This document shows positions 28,797-38,213 of a DNA stretch of 64,000 nt, piece after piece (the stretch's first letter is position 1; each line of letters begins with the position of its first letter). A model generated the notes under the pieces. That model made no database searches. It saw only the letters and a list, made by a program, of their open reading frames with translations, and was not told the origin of the DNA. The stretch comes from an uncultured Alphaproteobacteria bacterium. Lineage in GTDB: Bacteria > Pseudomonadota > Alphaproteobacteria > Rs-D84. Made by a program: the position numbers and the translations under genes. The stretch is taken from positions 21,280-85,279 of the forward strand of contig CALXOX010000003.1 of assembly GCA_944390125.1 (NCBI GenBank), read 5' to 3'.

Positions 28797-29522
28797 ATGC
28801 AACTCTATATTGATGCTCATTGTCATTTAAAAAATATATGTAATTATAGTGATGACTTAGAAAAACTGATTTCCCAAGGCATATGTGGCTTTATTTGTAA
28901 TGCTGAAAATCCCGACAACTGGGATAATATTTTAACTTTGACCCAACAATATAATAATGTTTATGGTTGTGTCGGAGTTCACCCATGGTGTATCGGGAGT
29001 CTACAAGATGATTGGGTACGGGACATGCAGAAATTATTAAACAAAAACTCACGTTTGATGATAGGCGAAGTTGGGCTTGATAAAAACTATCCAGATTTAG
29101 AACTTCAAGAAAGTATTTTTATGGCACAATTAGAGCTGGCGATAGAATTAAATCGACCAATACATATTCATTGTGTGGGTGCATGGGACAAGATGTTGCG
29201 TATATTAAAAACGTATAAGGGTTGTGTTGAGTTACACGCTTTTTCTGCGTCTGATGAGATTTTGAAACAGTTGCTAAAGAAAGATAACGTGTTCTTTTCT
29301 TATTCTGCCGCAGTTTTGGATTCTGGACGACAAAAGCTTTTAGAAGTTGTAAAGAATACCCCTGCAGATAGGATTCTTGTTGAAAGCGATACCAAAAGCC
29401 CGTTGATTATTATTGATATCGTAAAACGTATTGCGGATATAAAATCTGTTGCGGTTGATAAAATAGCAGATACAATCTATAAAAATTCTTTAAGGTTGAT
29501 AGAAAATGGACAGATTTCATAG
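28797..29522 (+). CDS. tatD: TatD-family metal-dependent hydrolase (DNase)
   Basis: IDAHCHL N-terminal His motif plus conserved HCVGAW and ILVESDTKSP motifs. Confidence 0.8.
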   Translation: MQLYIDAHCHLKNICNYSDDLEKLISQGICGFICNAENPDNWDNILTLTQQYNNVYGCVGVHPWCIGSLQDDWVRDMQKLLNKNSRLMIGEVGLDKNYPDLELQESIFMAQLELAIELNRPIHIHCVGAWDKMLRILKTYKGCVELHAFSASDEILKQLLKKDNVFFSYSAAVLDSGRQKLLEVVKNTPADRILVESDTKSPLIIIDIVKRIADIKSVAVDKIADTIYKNSLRLIENGQIS

Positions 29523-30183
29523 GACTCGTTTGCTATTGGGTGATGAAGCGACTAATAAATTGCAAAAATCGACAGTAATGATTGTTGGGTGTGGGGCGGT
29601 CGGGTCTTTTGCTATAGAGGCTTTGGCACGCATAGGTGTCGGCAATTTAATAATAATAGATTTTGATAAGGTTGAAGAATCCAATATAAATAGACAATTG
29701 TTTGCATTGGATTCTACGATTGGTAAAGCCAAAGTTGATGTTGCAAAAGCCAGAATTTTAGACATAAATCCATGTATAAAAGTACAGGCTTTGAATTTGT
29801 TTTTCGATGAAAATTCTGTTATTGAGTATACTCCGGATGTTGTGATAGATGCGATTGATTCTGTGGACTCAAAGATTGCTCTTTATAGTTGGTGCCAGAG
29901 CAGGCGCATCCCTTTTATTTCCAGTATGGGGGCGGCACGTAAAACAGACCCTATGCAGATAAAAATTGCAAAACTTTCTAAAACGACAGTTTGTCCGCTG
30001 GCTGCAAAAATTCGAAAGTTGGTTCGTACTAAATCAATTCCTGATTTCGATGTTGTTTATTCTACTGAAACACCAGATAAAAACGTTGGGCCATGCAAAA
30101 CATTTGGGTCGCTTATAACTGTAACCGGTACATTCGGATTGCTTATGGCGAATTATGCCATAAAAAATATAGTAAAGCACTAA
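29506..30183 (+). CDS. tcdA: tRNA threonylcarbamoyladenosine dehydratase (ThiF/MoeB-like E1 fold)
   Basis: VGCGAVGSFAIEALARIGVG Rossmann motif and overall TcdA/CsdL pattern. Overlaps the tatD end by 17 nt. Confidence 0.7.
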   Translation: MDRFHRTRLLLGDEATNKLQKSTVMIVGCGAVGSFAIEALARIGVGNLIIIDFDKVEESNINRQLFALDSTIGKAKVDVAKARILDINPCIKVQALNLFFDENSVIEYTPDVVIDAIDSVDSKIALYSWCQSRRIPFISSMGAARKTDPMQIKIAKLSKTTVCPLAAKIRKLVRTKSIPDFDVVYSTETPDKNVGPCKTFGSLITVTGTFGLLMANYAIKNIVKH

Positions 30184-30350
30184 TTGCAATTGCGGCATTT
30201 TGTACAAGTATTTTATTCTGAAAGGCTTTGTTTCTCTGTATAAGAACGTTTTCCTAAATGCAGTATTCAGATTGAAAGACAATATAAAAGCGGGTATAAT
30301 GCCATTGTCTTACTAAAGACAAAGTCAAATCTTGAAAAGGAGAAAAAGAG

Positions 30351-30557
30351 ATGAGAGGACTGACAACATTTGTGTTGATGCCATTGACAATTATTGGTGC
30401 CTTGAACTGGGGGCTGATTGGAATCTTTGGTTTTGACTTAGTTGCGTTTATATTTGGACCAGCTACGATTGCAAGCAGTATTGTGTACAGCATAATAGGT
30501 ATTGCTGCATTGGTATGGTTGATTTGGATGATTATTGATCGTCCAGAACATAACTAA
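30351..30557 (+). CDS. DUF378-family small membrane protein
   Basis: 68 aa with two TM segments and the GALNWGLIG motif typical of DUF378. SD AAAGGAGAAAAAG. Confidence 0.6.
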   Translation: MRGLTTFVLMPLTIIGALNWGLIGIFGFDLVAFIFGPATIASSIVYSIIGIAALVWLIWMIIDRPEHN

Positions 30558-30736
30558 GGTTAAAAATAACGAAAATTTTTCATGTCACATGCCCCGATTG
30601 TGCCGGTAATAAGCAGAGGCGGGGCGTTTTGTTTTTTTTATAAAAATATTACTGGAATATGGGGATTTTTTATTGCATGCTAGTCTCGCACACAGAATAA
30701 AGGTGATAGAATCTGTAACTTCTGACATAAGGGTAA

Positions 30737-31897
30737 ATGATGAAAATCGCGTTTTGCATACCAGATATGATAATAGGTGGTGTGGAAGCCGTTTTGCTGC
30801 GTACGTTAAATGAGTTGTTGGATACTGTTAAAGAAAATCCAAAATATGCTGGGGCAGAAATATGTGTTATAACTCATGCGCAGATAACAGAACCGTTATA
30901 CAGTCAGTGGTTTAAACAGCACCCAGAGGTAAAACTTTATACTTTTTACCCTTTGCAAAATTATTTTGAAAGTATGATTGCTTATACAGACTTTGTGTTT
31001 GTTCGTCAGGTACGTAAATTGATTTTCAGTTTATACAAAAAGTGCAGACGATTATCATTTAGGAATAAGTTTTCAGACATTGATGTTTTTATTGATTATA
31101 AGAACTGCTCATTTTTTAAAGAGTTGCGCGATTATAAGACTCGTAAGATAACTTGGATACATGGCAGCATAGGATATTTGCAAGATAATAATATTGATAA
31201 TCGTTTGCCAATGTACGACAACATTGTCGGGCTTACAGATGATTTCGTTTCAGATTTTAAAAAAATATTTCCAGATTTGGCGGACAGGGTTGTAAGAGTT
31301 TATAATCCAATTGATATAAATTTTATACGGAATTTATCTAAAGATGCACCCCATACAAGCGGCAAGTATTTTTGCCATGTTTCAAGATTGGAAAGCTTAC
31401 AAAAGGATGTTCGTACACTAATTGCAGCATTCAATGAGTTTTATCTAGATAATGGTTTGCCTGATATAAAGTTGTTGATAGTTGGCGATGGGCCGCAGAT
31501 AAAAGAACTAAAAAAAATGGTGTCGTTATTGCCAAGTAGCAATAACATTGTTTTTACTGGGTTGGCAAGAAACCCATTTGGTTATATGGAAAATGCACTT
31601 GCGAACATTTTGTCATCTAAGTCAGAAGGTTTGCCAACTGTTTTAGTAGAATCTATGGCGCTTGGGGTGTTATGTATTGCATCAAATTGTAAATATGGTC
31701 CACATGAAATTTTGCAAGATGGCAAGTCTGGTGTATTGTTTGAAGTAGGCAATGTTAAACAACTGGCACAGATTATGTCGGATGTTTATAATGGGAAGAT
31801 AGATGTATCATCTATAACTCAAAGTGCTACTGAGTCTTTAGAAAGATTTTCGCCGAAGGTTATAAATAAACAAATAATGGATTTGTTATGGAAGTAA
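30737..31897 (+). CDS. Glycosyltransferase family 4 (GT-B, group 1)
   Basis: E-x7-E motif (SKSEGLPTVLVESMALG) and GT4 C-terminal domain pattern. 386 aa. Confidence 0.75.
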   Translation: MMKIAFCIPDMIIGGVEAVLLRTLNELLDTVKENPKYAGAEICVITHAQITEPLYSQWFKQHPEVKLYTFYPLQNYFESMIAYTDFVFVRQVRKLIFSLYKKCRRLSFRNKFSDIDVFIDYKNCSFFKELRDYKTRKITWIHGSIGYLQDNNIDNRLPMYDNIVGLTDDFVSDFKKIFPDLADRVVRVYNPIDINFIRNLSKDAPHTSGKYFCHVSRLESLQKDVRTLIAAFNEFYLDNGLPDIKLLIVGDGPQIKELKKMVSLLPSSNNIVFTGLARNPFGYMENALANILSSKSEGLPTVLVESMALGVLCIASNCKYGPHEILQDGKSGVLFEVGNVKQLAQIMSDVYNGKIDVSSITQSATESLERFSPKVINKQIMDLLWK

Positions 31898-32820
31898 AAA
31901 GACTATTTTTATTTGCTGGCTATGATAATCAGGGAATCATAGATGATACCCTGTTGCATTATCTACGTTATTTATCTGGATATGGCGACATCATATTTGT
32001 AATGGACAATGTTGCTGCAAATGCAGAGTTGAATAAATTAAATGATATACAAAATATTTTATACCGTACTGCAGAACGTCATGGGGAATATGATTTTGGG
32101 TCTTATAAGCGTGGTTATCAGTGGGCGGACAAGCATGATTTATTGAATAAATATGACTGGATTTACCTTGTAAATGACAGCGTTTATGGCCCATTGTTTG
32201 ATATTAGGAATACATTAGAAGATTTAGAATCTAGGGGTGTTGATTTAACCGGTATGATAGATTTTGTAAACAAATTTACACCGGTACAAGTACAGTCATG
32301 GTTTGTTGGTTTAAGCCGACGCGTTGTGAATGAACAATTTTTTAAGGATTTTATGAATGGTATTCAGGCACAGACGGACAAACAACTGATTGTATTAAAG
32401 TATGAAGTTGGTTTATCACAATTGATATTGCAACATGGGTATAAGATGTCTACTTTTATAAGTGGCGAAAAGGGTGATGCTGTTCATCGCATATATGAGC
32501 AACCGTTAAAGATGTTAAAAAAGGGGCTGCCATTTATAAAAAAGCAGGCATTGATGAATTTGCAGGGAATGCAGTATTTGTACCCTTATACAACAGAGGC
32601 TTTTGTGGATGAAATTTATCATAATGCCTCAAGAACAGGCGTAAAGATAAATGTAATAAGGACAGAAAAACCGCGTTACGAGAAGTATTATCGATTGACA
32701 TTTTTATCAATACCAATATTGACTATTTACAGACAGTTGCACGACAACGGGATGTTGGTTTGTTATAAAGTCTATATATTTGATTTTGTGCCTGTGATTA
32801 AGATTTTACTAAACAGATAA
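31888..32820 (+). CDS. Rhamnan-synthesis-F (RgpF)-like N-terminal-domain protein
   Basis: LFAGYDNQGIIDDTLLHYLRYL...YDFGSYKRGYQW...YLVNDSVYGPLF resembles the N-terminal half of the RgpF/PF05045 family, from memory. Overlaps the GT4 end by 10 nt. Confidence 0.5.
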   Translation: MEVKRLFLFAGYDNQGIIDDTLLHYLRYLSGYGDIIFVMDNVAANAELNKLNDIQNILYRTAERHGEYDFGSYKRGYQWADKHDLLNKYDWIYLVNDSVYGPLFDIRNTLEDLESRGVDLTGMIDFVNKFTPVQVQSWFVGLSRRVVNEQFFKDFMNGIQAQTDKQLIVLKYEVGLSQLILQHGYKMSTFISGEKGDAVHRIYEQPLKMLKKGLPFIKKQALMNLQGMQYLYPYTTEAFVDEIYHNASRTGVKINVIRTEKPRYEKYYRLTFLSIPILTIYRQLHDNGMLVCYKVYIFDFVPVIKILLNR

Positions 32821-32953
32821 AAGTTCATTGATTTTTTTACTGTTTTGTGGTATAATTATGGGAAAGATTTGGGGCGATTTATTCGCCCTAATTTCTTTTT
32901 TAGGCCCCGCATATTTATGCGGGATTTTTTTGTTAAAAAATGAAGGCTAAAAG

Positions 32954-33787
32954 ATGTTTGAAATAAAATATTCTGGAGATGGGCAAACGAAAAAATTTGT
33001 TTTTTCTTTCCCATTTTTTACACCGTCTGATGTTTTTGTAATGTTGAATGGCGACGTAATACATTCTGGATACCAGTTATCAACGGTTAGTAATCAAGAA
33101 TCTTCTGATATACCGTATTCTGGTGGTACAGTTACGTTTGATGTTGCACCGAAACTTGGTGATAATATAAAAATTTTTAGAAGAATTGGTGTATCGCGCG
33201 TGGTAGATTATCAGCCGACTAAACCCATAGATCCACAGGCTTTGAACCAAGATTTTTCTTTTATGTTGGAAAAGTTAAAGGATTTTGACGGGATGCTGAC
33301 TGATTTTTATGACAAGTATTCTGAAATTATAAATTCAGATAGTTATAATGTTTTTACGCAAAAGTTAGATGATATAAATAATAAATTAAATGCATTGGGC
33401 GGGATAGATAATATTGGCAAGAAGAGCGATATAACGGCGCTACAAAATGCAACCAGTTTTACGGCGTCTGGCAAAGAATCTGTAGTATCTTGGCTGCAGA
33501 TAAACGGAAAATTCATAAATGCCAACTTCTTGGGAACGGAAGCTGGGGGGTATTTATACACGCCTGAGGCGCATGGTATATTGTCAGTAGTTTTCACAGC
33601 AAATGTTAGTGGAGATGCTGCCGTAGAGGCTCCTGATGCTAAAACTATATACCATAAAAGTATAACTGTTAATGCAAGAGAAACTATTTTGTTACCAGTG
33701 CATAAGGGATTGCAAATAAAGTTCACTGTACCGGCGCTAAAAGAAGTGAATTATCAAAGATTGTTTTTATTCAAGGGAGAACAATAA
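32954..33787 (+). CDS. Phage T7 gp17-like tail-fibre N-terminal (tail-attachment) domain protein
   Basis: IKYSGDGQTKKFVFSFPFF..VFVMLNGDV...GYQLS...VTFDVAPKLGDNIKIFRRIGVSRVVDYQ matches the conserved N-terminal pattern of T7-type tail fibres (Y.GDG....F.F.FPY...V.V..G....YT....V.F..AP..G..I.I.R.....VD). Confidence 0.5.
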   Translation: MFEIKYSGDGQTKKFVFSFPFFTPSDVFVMLNGDVIHSGYQLSTVSNQESSDIPYSGGTVTFDVAPKLGDNIKIFRRIGVSRVVDYQPTKPIDPQALNQDFSFMLEKLKDFDGMLTDFYDKYSEIINSDSYNVFTQKLDDINNKLNALGGIDNIGKKSDITALQNATSFTASGKESVVSWLQINGKFINANFLGTEAGGYLYTPEAHGILSVVFTANVSGDAAVEAPDAKTIYHKSITVNARETILLPVHKGLQIKFTVPALKEVNYQRLFLFKGEQ

Positions 33788-34086
33788 TGTTTTACACAAA
33801 TGAAATAAAGGACCACAAAATTGGTTCTTACACGGATGACAAGAATTTGGCTAAAAAGCTGGGTTTTAATATAAAACTTGAGAATATAGAAATAGCAGAT
33901 AATGGTATCGCATATGAAGCTGGCTTTGCGCCTGCGGCGCCACAAAAAAGTTATATAGAATTGCGACTTTTGGCGTACCCGCCTGTTGAAGAGCAATTGG
34001 ATATGATTTATTGGGATATGGTCAATGGTACCAGAAAATGGCAAGATACAATACAAGCAATCAAAGAGAAATATCCTAAAAATTGA
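33787..34086 (+). CDS. Small hypothetical protein translationally coupled to the tail-fibre-like gene
   Basis: ATG overlaps the upstream TAA (TAATG). 99 aa, no recognisable family. By position it could be a tail-fibre assembly or chaperone analogue. Confidence 0.4.
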   Translation: MFYTNEIKDHKIGSYTDDKNLAKKLGFNIKLENIEIADNGIAYEAGFAPAAPQKSYIELRLLAYPPVEEQLDMIYWDMVNGTRKWQDTIQAIKEKYPKN

Positions 34087-34087
34087 A

Positions 34088-34112
34088 AGAACCGGGTTTA
34101 TCCCGGTTTTTA
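34088..34112 (+). terminator. Intrinsic terminator
   Basis: CCGGG-TTTAT-CCCGG hairpin followed by T5. Confidence 0.5.
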
Positions 34113-34184
34113 TGGTAAAAATAACTTGATTTTACGTGATTATTGCTACTATACTCCCCTCTACAGTTATTTATGGAGAAAGGT

Positions 34185-37100
34185 ATGTCTTTTTTAAAGC
34201 GTAGCACGGAATATAATCTAATAGCAAAATCAAAATATTTCAATAAAAGATGGTATTTAAGGAAGTACGCAGATGTTGCCAGCAAGAGGGTGGACCCTGT
34301 AACACATTATTTGGAACATGGCTGGAAAGAGGGCAGAAATCCTGGACCTAAGTTTAGTACAGAACTTTATCTGAAAAATAATCCTGATGTGGCGGCAGCA
34401 AGGATAAATCCTTTGTTGCATTACGAGAGAAACGGGAAGTATGAGGTTGGAAGAATAGCCGTAAGACACAAATGTAATCGTTTTTTATATAAGTACCTTT
34501 CTTTTGTTCACAAATGTTTTAAACGTGCAGATATAAAACGTATTTTATTGATTTCGCATGAGTTTACTTATACCGGTGCGCCTTTATCTCTGTTAAAGGC
34601 CGCACAATTGCTGAAAGAAAAGGGATATGAAATAATAACTGTTTCTTTAAAGGCTGGAGGATTAGAAACAGAATTTAAGAAACTTGGCAAAGTAATTATA
34701 ACGAGTAATCTTAACAAAATACTACGTTGTGCCACTTTTGCGGATTTTGCCGTTGTGAATACAATCATTCCATATGAAGCGTACGACATGTTAAAGAATT
34801 TTATGCCTACTGCTTGGTGGATTAGGGAACCCGTTGGTGTTCTTAAAGGAAATTGCTTTATGCGGCAGATTTTTATGAATGCAGATAACGTATATACTAT
34901 GTCGCCGTGGTCCAGAGATGAGTTTTTGCCATATAACAGAAATATCGAAGTGATGCCGCATGGCTTAGACGACATGTTTGCTGGTAGTAAAGCTTTCCCT
35001 AAAAAGCCTACTTTTGCTGTGATTGGTAGTATTCATCCAAGAAAAGGACAGGATGTTTTTATAGATGCTGTAAAGAAATTACCGGCAGAGATTAGGAAAA
35101 AAGCTGCTTTTTTAATTGTTGGTAAATTAAATGTGTCAGATAGTGATTGGGAGAGCCTTGGGGCGCCAAAATGTATACAAGTAAAGCCAGAAATATCTAA
35201 TTTTGAGGATATGATAAAGTTTTATGGTGACATATCTTGTACAGTTGTTCCGTCTAGGGAAGAGCCTACATCCAGGGTCGCAATAGAATCCATGATGATG
35301 GGGCGCCCAGTTGTGATGTCAGATCAGGTCGGCGCACAATACTTGGTCAATAGCCGCAATGGTTATGTGTTCAAAAATGAAGATGCTAAACAATTGTCTG
35401 GTATATTAGCTAAACTTATAAAGTCTCCTGAAAAATTAAAAACGATGGGTAAGTATGCCAGAGAAGCTTATTTGAAGAACAATTCTATTCCTGTTTATAC
35501 GAAAAATTTACTTAATATGCTGTCAGATTGTAAAAATTCTTTTGATAATAAACCGACTAAAATACTGGTACATATTCATTTATTTTACCACGAGCAGTTA
35601 GATTGGTTTATATCTAGATTGAAAAATATAACCTGTGATTATGATTTGTGGATTACGGTTACAGAAAAAAATAAAGAAACTGAGGATAAAATAAAGAATT
35701 TTAAACCAGATACACATATTTTAAAAGTGCCCAATCGTGGTTATGATCTTTATCCATTTTGGTTGGTTTTACAAAATGTTTCATTGTTTGATTATGACGC
35801 GGTATTGAAGTTGCACACCAAGAATAAAAGAACTAAAAAATGGTGCAAGAACGGTATTTGCTATAATGGTTTTGAATGGCGTAACGATTTGATAAATCCT
35901 TTGTTGGGCAGTAAGAAATTGTTTCAGAAAGCAGTGGATTTTGTGAAATGCGATAATATTGGCATGGTTGGGTCCGCCAATTTGATTGGTAATAAAGAAA
36001 ATCCAGAGCAGGCCAAAAATACAAAAAAATTGTGTGAATTGATGGGAATAAAATATTCTCATGATGGCAAGTTTGTATGTGGCACGATGTTTTTGATAAA
36101 GGCAAATTTATTGCTGGTTTTTCAGCAGTATCCATTCAAAAAATCTGATTTCAGCTCGGAGTCAAAGACTGGAAGTACTGGTACTGTTGCGCATAGCTTA
36201 GAAACAGTTATGGGTTTGATTGTCGCAGACAGAAAATTAAAATTGGTTGGTGTTGATACGCTTGGAACATCGTTTAAGCATTTTTGCGCAAGGTACAAAC
36301 AAAAATATATAAATTTATTAAAAACAATAAGAAAACGTAAAAAAGAAGTTGATTATATAAAACATTCTAAGTATTTCAGTAAAAGGTGGTACTTGCGTAC
36401 ATATCCAGATGTTGCAAAGGCAAAGGTGAACCCAGCACATCATTATTTGCTGCATGGTTGGAAAGAAGGTCGTAAACCAGGACCTAAATTTGATCCTAAA
36501 TTTTATTTAGAAAATAATCTTGATGTGAAAAGAGCTGGGGTAAATCCATTGCTGCATTATGAGAAACATGGGAAATACGAAGGCAGAATTGTTTGCCTTA
36601 AAAGAAGTTTAAAGCCAGCTGGACTTAAAGAGTTTCATGATGTTTACGTTGACGCCTTTAAATGGCGTGGCAAGATTGCCAAACGGGTTGTTGTATCATT
36701 GACAACATATCCTGGACGAATCAAGTCAGTTTATGAAACTATAAACACGTTAAAAAATCAGTCTGTTAAACCAGATAAGGTCGTACTGTACTTATCTGAG
36801 CAAGAGTTTCCTAAAAAGGATAAGGGACTGCCAAGAAATTTAACAAAGTTATGTGACGATTGCTTTGAAATACATTGGATTAAGAAAACTCTGTATAGTT
36901 TTCAAAAACTTATACCGGCAATAAAAGAATATCCAAATGCTGTAATTGTTACTGCCGATGACGACATTTTGTATAAAAGCAATTGGCTGGAATTATTGGT
37001 GAAGGCATATTTAGAAAATCCTAATATAATTCATTGTCATCGTGCGCATAGAATAAAATTCCGTGGTGGCCATGTTATATCCTATAACTTATGGAAAATG

Positions 37101-37517
37101 GCGATACGTAATGAGTCTGCTCTATATAACAACTTTTTAACTGGGGTTGGCGGAGTGTTGTATCCACCACATTGTTTGGATAAAAATATTACTAATTCAA
37201 AGGAATTTTTGAAGTTATGCCCGAAAGCTGACGATATATGGATTTGGGCAATGGCGGTAAAAAATCATACAAAAATTCATGTCATAAAAGACAATATAAC
37301 TGCATTAGAATTGGTGCCTGGCAGTCAAGATGGTGATTGCTTATGCAAAATCAATACCGGTGCTGAATGTTATAATGATGTGCAATTAAAAAATGTTTTT
37401 GCAAAATATCCAGAAATTTTAGAAATGCTAAAGGACGAAAGAAGGAAAAACGCCATATTATCTTATTTGCTATACCCGTATTATTTACTATACTTTCTTA
37501 GAAAGGGTAAGAGATAG
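34185..37517 (+). CDS. Three-module polysaccharide glycosyltransferase (GT4, RgpF-like and GT-A-like modules) with duplicated ~75-aa module
   Basis: Start set to the ATG at 34185 with a GGAGAAAGG SD. GT4 E-x7-E motif (SREEPTSRVAIESMMMG). RgpF-like motifs (ILVHIHLFYHEQL, PNRGYDLYPF, KLHTKNKRT). C-terminal module VVVSLTTYPGRI...VTADDDILY. The block YF(N/S)KRWYLR.Y.DVA...V.P..HYL.HGWKEGR.PGPKF...YL.NN.DV..A..NPLLHYE..GKYE occurs twice. Confidence 0.7.
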   Translation: MSFLKRSTEYNLIAKSKYFNKRWYLRKYADVASKRVDPVTHYLEHGWKEGRNPGPKFSTELYLKNNPDVAAARINPLLHYERNGKYEVGRIAVRHKCNRFLYKYLSFVHKCFKRADIKRILLISHEFTYTGAPLSLLKAAQLLKEKGYEIITVSLKAGGLETEFKKLGKVIITSNLNKILRCATFADFAVVNTIIPYEAYDMLKNFMPTAWWIREPVGVLKGNCFMRQIFMNADNVYTMSPWSRDEFLPYNRNIEVMPHGLDDMFAGSKAFPKKPTFAVIGSIHPRKGQDVFIDAVKKLPAEIRKKAAFLIVGKLNVSDSDWESLGAPKCIQVKPEISNFEDMIKFYGDISCTVVPSREEPTSRVAIESMMMGRPVVMSDQVGAQYLVNSRNGYVFKNEDAKQLSGILAKLIKSPEKLKTMGKYAREAYLKNNSIPVYTKNLLNMLSDCKNSFDNKPTKILVHIHLFYHEQLDWFISRLKNITCDYDLWITVTEKNKETEDKIKNFKPDTHILKVPNRGYDLYPFWLVLQNVSLFDYDAVLKLHTKNKRTKKWCKNGICYNGFEWRNDLINPLLGSKKLFQKAVDFVKCDNIGMVGSANLIGNKENPEQAKNTKKLCELMGIKYSHDGKFVCGTMFLIKANLLLVFQQYPFKKSDFSSESKTGSTGTVAHSLETVMGLIVADRKLKLVGVDTLGTSFKHFCARYKQKYINLLKTIRKRKKEVDYIKHSKYFSKRWYLRTYPDVAKAKVNPAHHYLLHGWKEGRKPGPKFDPKFYLENNLDVKRAGVNPLLHYEKHGKYEGRIVCLKRSLKPAGLKEFHDVYVDAFKWRGKIAKRVVVSLTTYPGRIKSVYETINTLKNQSVKPDKVVLYLSEQEFPKKDKGLPRNLTKLCDDCFEIHWIKKTLYSFQKLIPAIKEYPNAVIVTADDDILYKSNWLELLVKAYLENPNIIHCHRAHRIKFRGGHVISYNLWKMAIRNESALYNNFLTGVGGVLYPPHCLDKNITNSKEFLKLCPKADDIWIWAMAVKNHTKIHVIKDNITALELVPGSQDGDCLCKINTGAECYNDVQLKNVFAKYPEILEMLKDERRKNAILSYLLYPYYLLYFLRKGKR

Positions 37518-37523
37518 AATGCT

Positions 37524-38201
37524 ATGAAAAAAAGAAATAAACTTTTAATTTTATTTATCAGCTTGCTTTTGGTGTTTATAGCAGGATGGTTGATTCATTA
37601 TCAAGTAAATGTATTCAAACTGAATCAGGATATCAAGAATACCGCTGTTGATACTGTTGTATATCGACCATATTTATTGGGTACAAAAATATCATTTGCT
37701 GAAGGTGGAAATAGTTCTGACTACATAAAAACAGAAGATGGTTGGGGTGGTCAAGAACCAGAACACAGATGTGCATTGGGCAAGCGTGCAGTTGTTCGGC
37801 TTTATATTCCAGATAGCATTGGTGAGAATTTACGTTTAACAGTTGATGGTTTTGGTGTGTTTTCGTTTAAAACAGCGACGTACCAGGAAGTAAAAGTTTA
37901 CGGTAATGATGTGTTGATGACCACATGGCAGGCTGGATATGATGGCCCCTTTAGTGTAGATATTCCGAACAATATAATTACTGATAATTCTCTGATATTA
38001 CGTTTTGAGTTTGCTAAGCCGCATAGTCCTGCGGGGGATAAACGAAAAATAGGTATGGCGGTTAGAAGTATGGAAATAAGCCGTATAGTTGGGTCTCAGA
38101 CAAAGCGAAAAATTGGTAAATGGGTAAAAGATAATTTGATGGGTGGCGGCGTAAAGCAGGAATATGATACCGCCGTATCAAAAAACGAAAATTGGTTATA
38201 A
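37524..38201 (+). CDS. Membrane-anchored hypothetical protein (225 aa)
   Basis: N-terminal TM (LLILFISLLLVFIAGWLI) with an extracytoplasmic beta-rich domain. Sits inside the polysaccharide locus. Confidence 0.45.
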   Translation: MKKRNKLLILFISLLLVFIAGWLIHYQVNVFKLNQDIKNTAVDTVVYRPYLLGTKISFAEGGNSSDYIKTEDGWGGQEPEHRCALGKRAVVRLYIPDSIGENLRLTVDGFGVFSFKTATYQEVKVYGNDVLMTTWQAGYDGPFSVDIPNNIITDNSLILRFEFAKPHSPAGDKRKIGMAVRSMEISRIVGSQTKRKIGKWVKDNLMGGGVKQEYDTAVSKNENWL

Positions 38202-38213
38202 TATAGGGCGATT

